This document shows positions 58,400 to 64,000 of a DNA stretch of 64,000 nucleotides, piece by piece. Origin of the DNA: Blasia pusilla (taxonomy: Eukaryota). Each line of letters opens with the position of its first letter. Positions within the stretch are counted from its first letter, which is position 1. The position numbers were made by a program, and so were the translations under genes. Under the pieces are notes generated by a model that saw only the letters and a list, made by a program, of their open reading frames with translations, made no database searches and had not been told where the DNA came from. The stretch covers positions 23,436,001-23,500,000 of the forward strand of contig CM114271.1 of the NCBI GenBank assembly GCA_050084515.1, written 5' to 3'.

Positions 58400-58888
58400 T
58401 GTCACATCTTTTAGGATAGATCACGTGAGATCTACTAGAGCGCCTTTGGAAGTAGTGGAGGATAGGCTTAGGAGGTCGAGGATGATCTACTAAGGCCCCG
58501 GGAAACCTGAGAGAGCAGGTTTCCCCTTCGTTTTGGCTCATTTGAAGCCATATTGAGGAACTTACTATTTTAGGTAAATATCATTTTGCCTTTATATTTT
58601 TGGTAAGTAACCCTTGATCTCCTACATCATGTCAAGAGCCAAAGAGGTGACTTGAGAGCATAGGTTACCGTGGAGAGAGCTTGGGAGAGAGGAGGGGTAT
58701 ACCTCAAGGAGAGAGAGCTTGAGAGCTCATTCTCTCTTTGTTGAACCTCTTGGGATGAGACGCAGAGCTATGGTCTTGCTTGCCTTGTTAGTGTAACCCA
58801 AGCCTCTCATTAGGAGAGTGGGTTTGGTTTGACATTGAGAGAGATATGTGAGAGTTATGGTGTTGTGAGAGAGATTTCATCTTATTTT
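58400..58888 (+). repeat. 3' LTR of copy 3, truncated
   Basis: Starts TGTCACATCT like the copy-2 LTRs and matches the split 5' LTR. Confidence 0.75.
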
Positions 58889-59019
58889 AATTGGAGATAT
58901 TTTGGTACTTCTTGTCTCGTTGTTTGGATGCCATGAGTTAGCATGGGATTGTGCATGTTTGTGTGAGTGTGTTTGGTGATAACGATGTATGTTGTGTAGC
59001 GATGTGTATACGCACGACA
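58889..59019 (+). repeat. Direct duplicate of the ~130 bp segment 58267-58398
   Basis: AATTGGAGATATTTTGGTACTTCTTGTCTC...ACGACA occurs at both sites. Confidence 0.9.
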
Positions 59020-61535
59020 TAGTGCACACCTATTATAATAAGTGATCCTAGGGTTGGTCATGTGAAGTCTCACGTTGACATGTAAAGACCTAAGGAGCAT
59101 AGATTTTCTTTGTCTTGCTTTTCTCGAAAACGAAAACTATTTGATTTAGATCCCAACTTCTCCACTCTTGCCGCTAATGTTTTTAGTGAGTTTGAGCAGG
59201 TTAAGGAAGTTCAAAAAGGCCATAATATTTTAGGTATTGTTCCGAGTGATACGAGATACTCTATAGAAATTTGTCCCGGTCTTGAAGAACAAGACGATGA
59301 TGGAAACATTTCCTCTTCGCTCTATGATTTAGAGGGATGGTATATAGGTGATGAGCTTGATCGTGAATATAGGCATATCAATTATACAGAGTTTGACCTA
59401 AGTGTTGATAGTAGTGAGATTGGAGATTTCAAAGTTGATACTCTTTCTCCCCATGATGATTCAAGTGTTTAATAAAGCAATCAGTATATATTAATATATG
59501 TTATTTCCATTGATGTTTGTATGTAGTGTTCATGCTACAAATTATGTTACTTTTTATTTTTTTCATTTTATCCAAAATTATCATGTTATTTAAATGTAAT
59601 GACTTATCACATATTTTGTAGATTGTGTCGAATTAGTATACGAGGAACCGTATATTTTAAATGACGAGTCAAGAAAGTAATGGTGAGTCATATATTCCTC
59701 TTGGTGAAGAAGCAATTGAGCTTATGGCTGAAAATCCTGAGAGAATTGAGGTTGTACAAGTATCGAGCGATGTTTATGTTCCAACACCTGTGTTTGATGA
59801 AGAAGTAGACAATTAGTACATGATAGTTCCTATCGAGGATATCAGGCAAGAGCTCGATGAGAGTGTATCTAGAGTTGTATCCACTCCATTAGTAGGACAA
59901 ATCAATCCATGTATTAACATTGAGCCATCACAAGGTGAGGAGGAAGAAGGAGAGACAAGTTTGACTAATGATTGTATTCCTTCCTCTGAGCCAATATCCT
60001 CTAGCTATTCATTTGTTTGAAATGCCTTAGGTTCTAGGTTGTGGGCTGTAAGTAATGGTCATACTAATAACTTTGCAGACTCAAGTGAAATCAATACTGT
60101 TGAGTCCCACTTGATGGTAGATTCATTATCTTTTTGAAATATGAAATGTAATAAACTTTCCCTTGTGGGTAAGATATCAATGTAATAGTGAATTTTGTTA
60201 GTTCTTTTATTCCATAAATGTATATTTGTAAGTGTTTATGTATATTGAAATTTACTTTTTCCTATGTAGAAACAATCATTATATGATGGCTCAAGATCAA
60301 GGAGCCGGAAGTAATGGTAAATGGCCCTTTAGGGACCTCACAAATTTCGGGGGCAATATGCATCTTGAATCTAAGACAGAAAAAAGGCTGGGTATCAAAG
60401 GAAAAAATGATAACATCAAGATGTTTGCTTTGTACCTCTTTCTACAACTAGAGCGTCTGCAATGTAAGAATATTTAGCGCTATTGTAATGTAAATTTAGT
60501 TGGATTTTGTGGAATATTTTATTTATTTTTATATTTATTATTTCATCTCACTTATTATTGTAGATTCCAAATCCAGTTAATGCATGACGGCAAAGTCAAA
60601 TTCACAAAGATGCGAGAGCCGTCAAGTACAAGTCGAAGATATGGAAATTCGGATCTAAGGTGATTTTCTAATTTATTTGATTAGTATTTCAATATTGAAA
60701 CTATTTTGAATAATCTATGCTTATTATGAATTTTTTTTTGTTATGCATTTGAAATATAGTTGTTGAAAATGTGGTCCATTGTTGTATTAGCTCAAATTCA
60801 GAGATAAAGATTTGATGATTTTATTTAGCTTGATGATATTGGATGCCATTGTAATTCTTGTAGAATGAGTGATACATATGAAGCAAATGCGATTGTTCGA
60901 TTGACTCCTGCACCCATTGAAGAAGTAGTGGCTTCTTTGACCACGACTAGAATTGATGACTTGAATGTTGAAGATACTATCAGGTATTAATATTTTTGTA
61001 TATGCTTCGAGTTGCACGAGCGCAAGGGCAAAGTCCCAAAGACGTAGACGTTGTGATCTACTTGATGTACTCGATGGATCAATTATTGGCGATTCTTTGT
61101 TAAGGACAAATACCAATGAAGGCATACAATCCATTGGAAGATGTCTTCCTCCCATTAAGGAAGTACTCGCTCCTACAACTGCTGCTACGATTGATAATTT
61201 TGATGTTGATAATAATATAAGGTATACTTTTTATTTTATTTTCTATTATTAAAAGATTTATGTATATTTTTCGAATCTTATATACCAATTGATTTTGTAC
61301 CATTTTATTATTTATTTAGCTTAATTATCGCACACACTGATTTCATTCCTAAAATTTTTATTCTTCGCAGTCTTCGTGCTCCTTCCAACCCTAAAAGATT
61401 ACAAGATACGCTTCAAGCAGCACGAGCCAATGGCCAAAATGAAGGCATGTTAATTTAGTCGCATCACATAATGGAGGACTATTTGGTGATTCAACAACAA
61501 GGAATAATATACTTCACGAAAATCTTCCTCATGAA

Positions 61536-63960
61536 ATGGATTATTCTGAGGTTCATACAGAGGTAAACGAAGATCCTATACTTTCCACTCATCCAAATGT
61601 GGCATGTAGAAGGGTTGTAGACTTAACGAAGTTAGTGAATATTGCATGTATATGTGAATTTGAAGAGAAACACATCGGAATTCTTTGGTTGGGAGATCGT
61701 ATTGATAGTATTACTGGTCGTTATAGTATTGGATGCATGGATGATGTATATTCAAGTTGCCAAGCACTTCATTGGAAGTGTGAGAGAGTGAAGTTGTCAA
61801 AGTCCCCACACTCTCCTTTTGGGACGTGTTGCGAGTATGGTAAGATCTTGTTACCATATTTGAAGGCTTCACCTCCTTTACTATTCGAGTTGATTGTGGG
61901 TGTTATGTCAAAAAGTATGCATTTTTTGCGTAATGCATGTGCCTACAATAGCGCGCTTTAATTGGAATCCACTGGAGCACATGCTATAGAGCATGAAGGT
62001 GGTGCAAGAAATTTGAGAATTCAAGGTGGTATTTATCACTCTATTGGACCTCTTAATGCGGAGACAAGTGTTTCTCCACACTTTGCATAAATTTATATTC
62101 ATGATGATGAGTATCAGATCGAATAGAGGAGAAGGATCATGAATCAGGATAATTGTGATCAATTGAGGGTTGAGATTTTGAGGGGATTACAAGACATGTT
62201 ACTTGTCTATAATCCATATATCGCTATCTTTCGATATGTGGCCATGGATCCATGTAGTTCCAATTTTCATATTATTCTAAAGGGTAGTAAGCAAGGGCTT
62301 GATGCAAAACAATACACATTGCCTATTGCTTTGGAGATTGCTGCTATCTTGCTTGGAGACGGAAGCGAGTCAAGAGAAGGACGTAATATTATTTTTCATT
62401 TACATGAAGGAGGTATTTGTCAAATGTTTGACTTAAATAAGGCCTATATTCCATTGTATTTTGTATTGCCTTTTTTGTATGGTGAAGTTGGTTGATATCC
62501 TTGCATACCAATACAGTCGGGTGATCTTAGAGGAAATGCAACAAGGAGAGGGCGTGTTGTGATGGAGGAGGATGGAGGTGAGGATGTTGAGCATAACATA
62601 CCAGAAGGAATAGAAGAAGAGCAACACCAAGGTGGAGGAACGACTAATGAAGCAGGTTCAGAGAGTATTACTGCTCTACAATTTGCTTTGTTTCGACTTC
62701 AAGTACGAGCTAATGTTGAAGATCATAACATGTTGTTGAGGTTTGCTCGTCTTACTCAAGAATATACGGTAGATATGTATGCGAGTATTGAAATGCAACA
62801 ATTAACTTGGATACGGCTATATCAAAATGAGCTAAGAGTTGATTTATATGAAGGTGTGAGAGATGTTATGACTCGGCATGATAATGATGGTCATGCTATA
62901 GGGAGACGAGTCATTTTACATTCCTCTTTTATAGGAGGACCTCAACTCATGCATCAATTGTATCATGATGCCATGGAAATTGTGAGACATTTTGGGAAGC
63001 GAGACTACTTTTTGACTATGACTTGCAACCCTAAGTGGCCAGAGATTACTTCTGCTCTACTTCCTTGACAAACAACCTCAGATCATCTTGACTTGGTTGT
63101 ACGCGTTTTCTAACAAATGAAGAAAGAGTTGTTGAGGCTTATAGTTGATAAGTATATTTTGGGGCGAGTCATGGGATGTATTCATGTAGTGGAGTCTCAA
63201 AAGAGAGGTCTGCCACATGTGCATATTTTGATTATTCTTGCCTTAGAGGATAAGCCAAGGACAAAGTCTGATTTTGATGATATTATTTCTGCTGAGATTC
63301 TTAATTTGACTACTCATCCAAAACTCTACTCGATTGTGAGAAATTGTATGATACATGGACCATGTAAAATACTTCATCCAAGTGGACCATGTATAGACAA
63401 AACAACCAAAAAATGTTGTAAGGGCCATCAAATGCGTTTTACCTCCATGAAATGGAGAATGAGGATAGCTATCCTATCTATAAGAGGTAATCTTATGATC
63501 TTTGTTTCATTTCTTCTATCTTTCTATTTTTTTTAAAGTTTCCTTTAAGTAATAACCTATTCTTATATTTGTGTTTATGTAGATGTGATAATGGTAGGTA
63601 GATTAAGAAGTCAAATCATGACTTTGATAATCAGTGGGTTGTTCCCTATAATCCGATGTTATGTACCTTATTTGATTGCCATATCAATTTGGAGATAACG
63701 AATAGCATATCAGCAGTGAAGTACTTTTACAACTATGTATACAAGGGATCAATTGCGATATCCAACATACCTTGATGCAAGGTATGTTGGATTTATATTT
63801 TTACTATGGTATTTAAAAAAAATTAGTATATTGAAAGGTTGGATTTTCTCTTTGGTCTCTGCAAATACGTTTTGTCTTCCGAAGCATGTTGGCGAATTTT
63901 CAAGTTTGGACTACACGCTGAACAACCAAGTATTATAAGATTAATTGTTCATTTGCCACA
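61536..63960 (+). mobile_element. Helitron Rep/helicase gene, Rep (HUH endonuclease) part, decayed; continues beyond window
   Basis: CC..GKI.LP, RVILHSSFIGGP, FLTMTCNPKWPEI, ESQKRGLPHVHILI (HUH), VVPYNP and KYFYNYVYKG, with stops and intron-like gaps. Confidence 0.93.
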
Positions 63961-64000
63961 TGGTATATTTTCATGATCGAGATTTATTGGGTAATATTCT

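Noticed and set aside
59110-61450. Short acidic ORFs as a host gene
   Set aside because: Stop-ridden with no recognisable motif; most likely the 5' part of the Helitron.

Overview
Eukaryotic, plastid-bearing plant genomic DNA (probably a non-seed land plant such as a bryophyte; this is inference). A small gene island on the minus strand holds an intact 9-exon CDC48/p97, an intact 4-exon DCC1 and two identical tRNA-Leu(CAA) genes. The rest is mostly nested transposons: three decayed copies of one Ty3/Gypsy LTR-retrotransposon family, a 16.2 kb CACTA element inserted in the 5' LTR of the third copy, a decayed Helitron Rep gene, mini-Helitrons, and organellar and host-gene scraps. The main discovery is hidden from the ORF track by stop codons. 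The Gypsy polyprotein has the order gag-protease-[C5 cytosine DNA methyltransferase]-RT-RNaseH-integrase-PHD finger. Copy 3 keeps the full-length methyltransferase domain (pseudogenised; motifs I-VI and VIII-X recognisable), copy 1 keeps only its C-terminal half, and copy 2 has lost it by a clean in-frame deletion. All calls come from manual reading and translation; no database searches were run.
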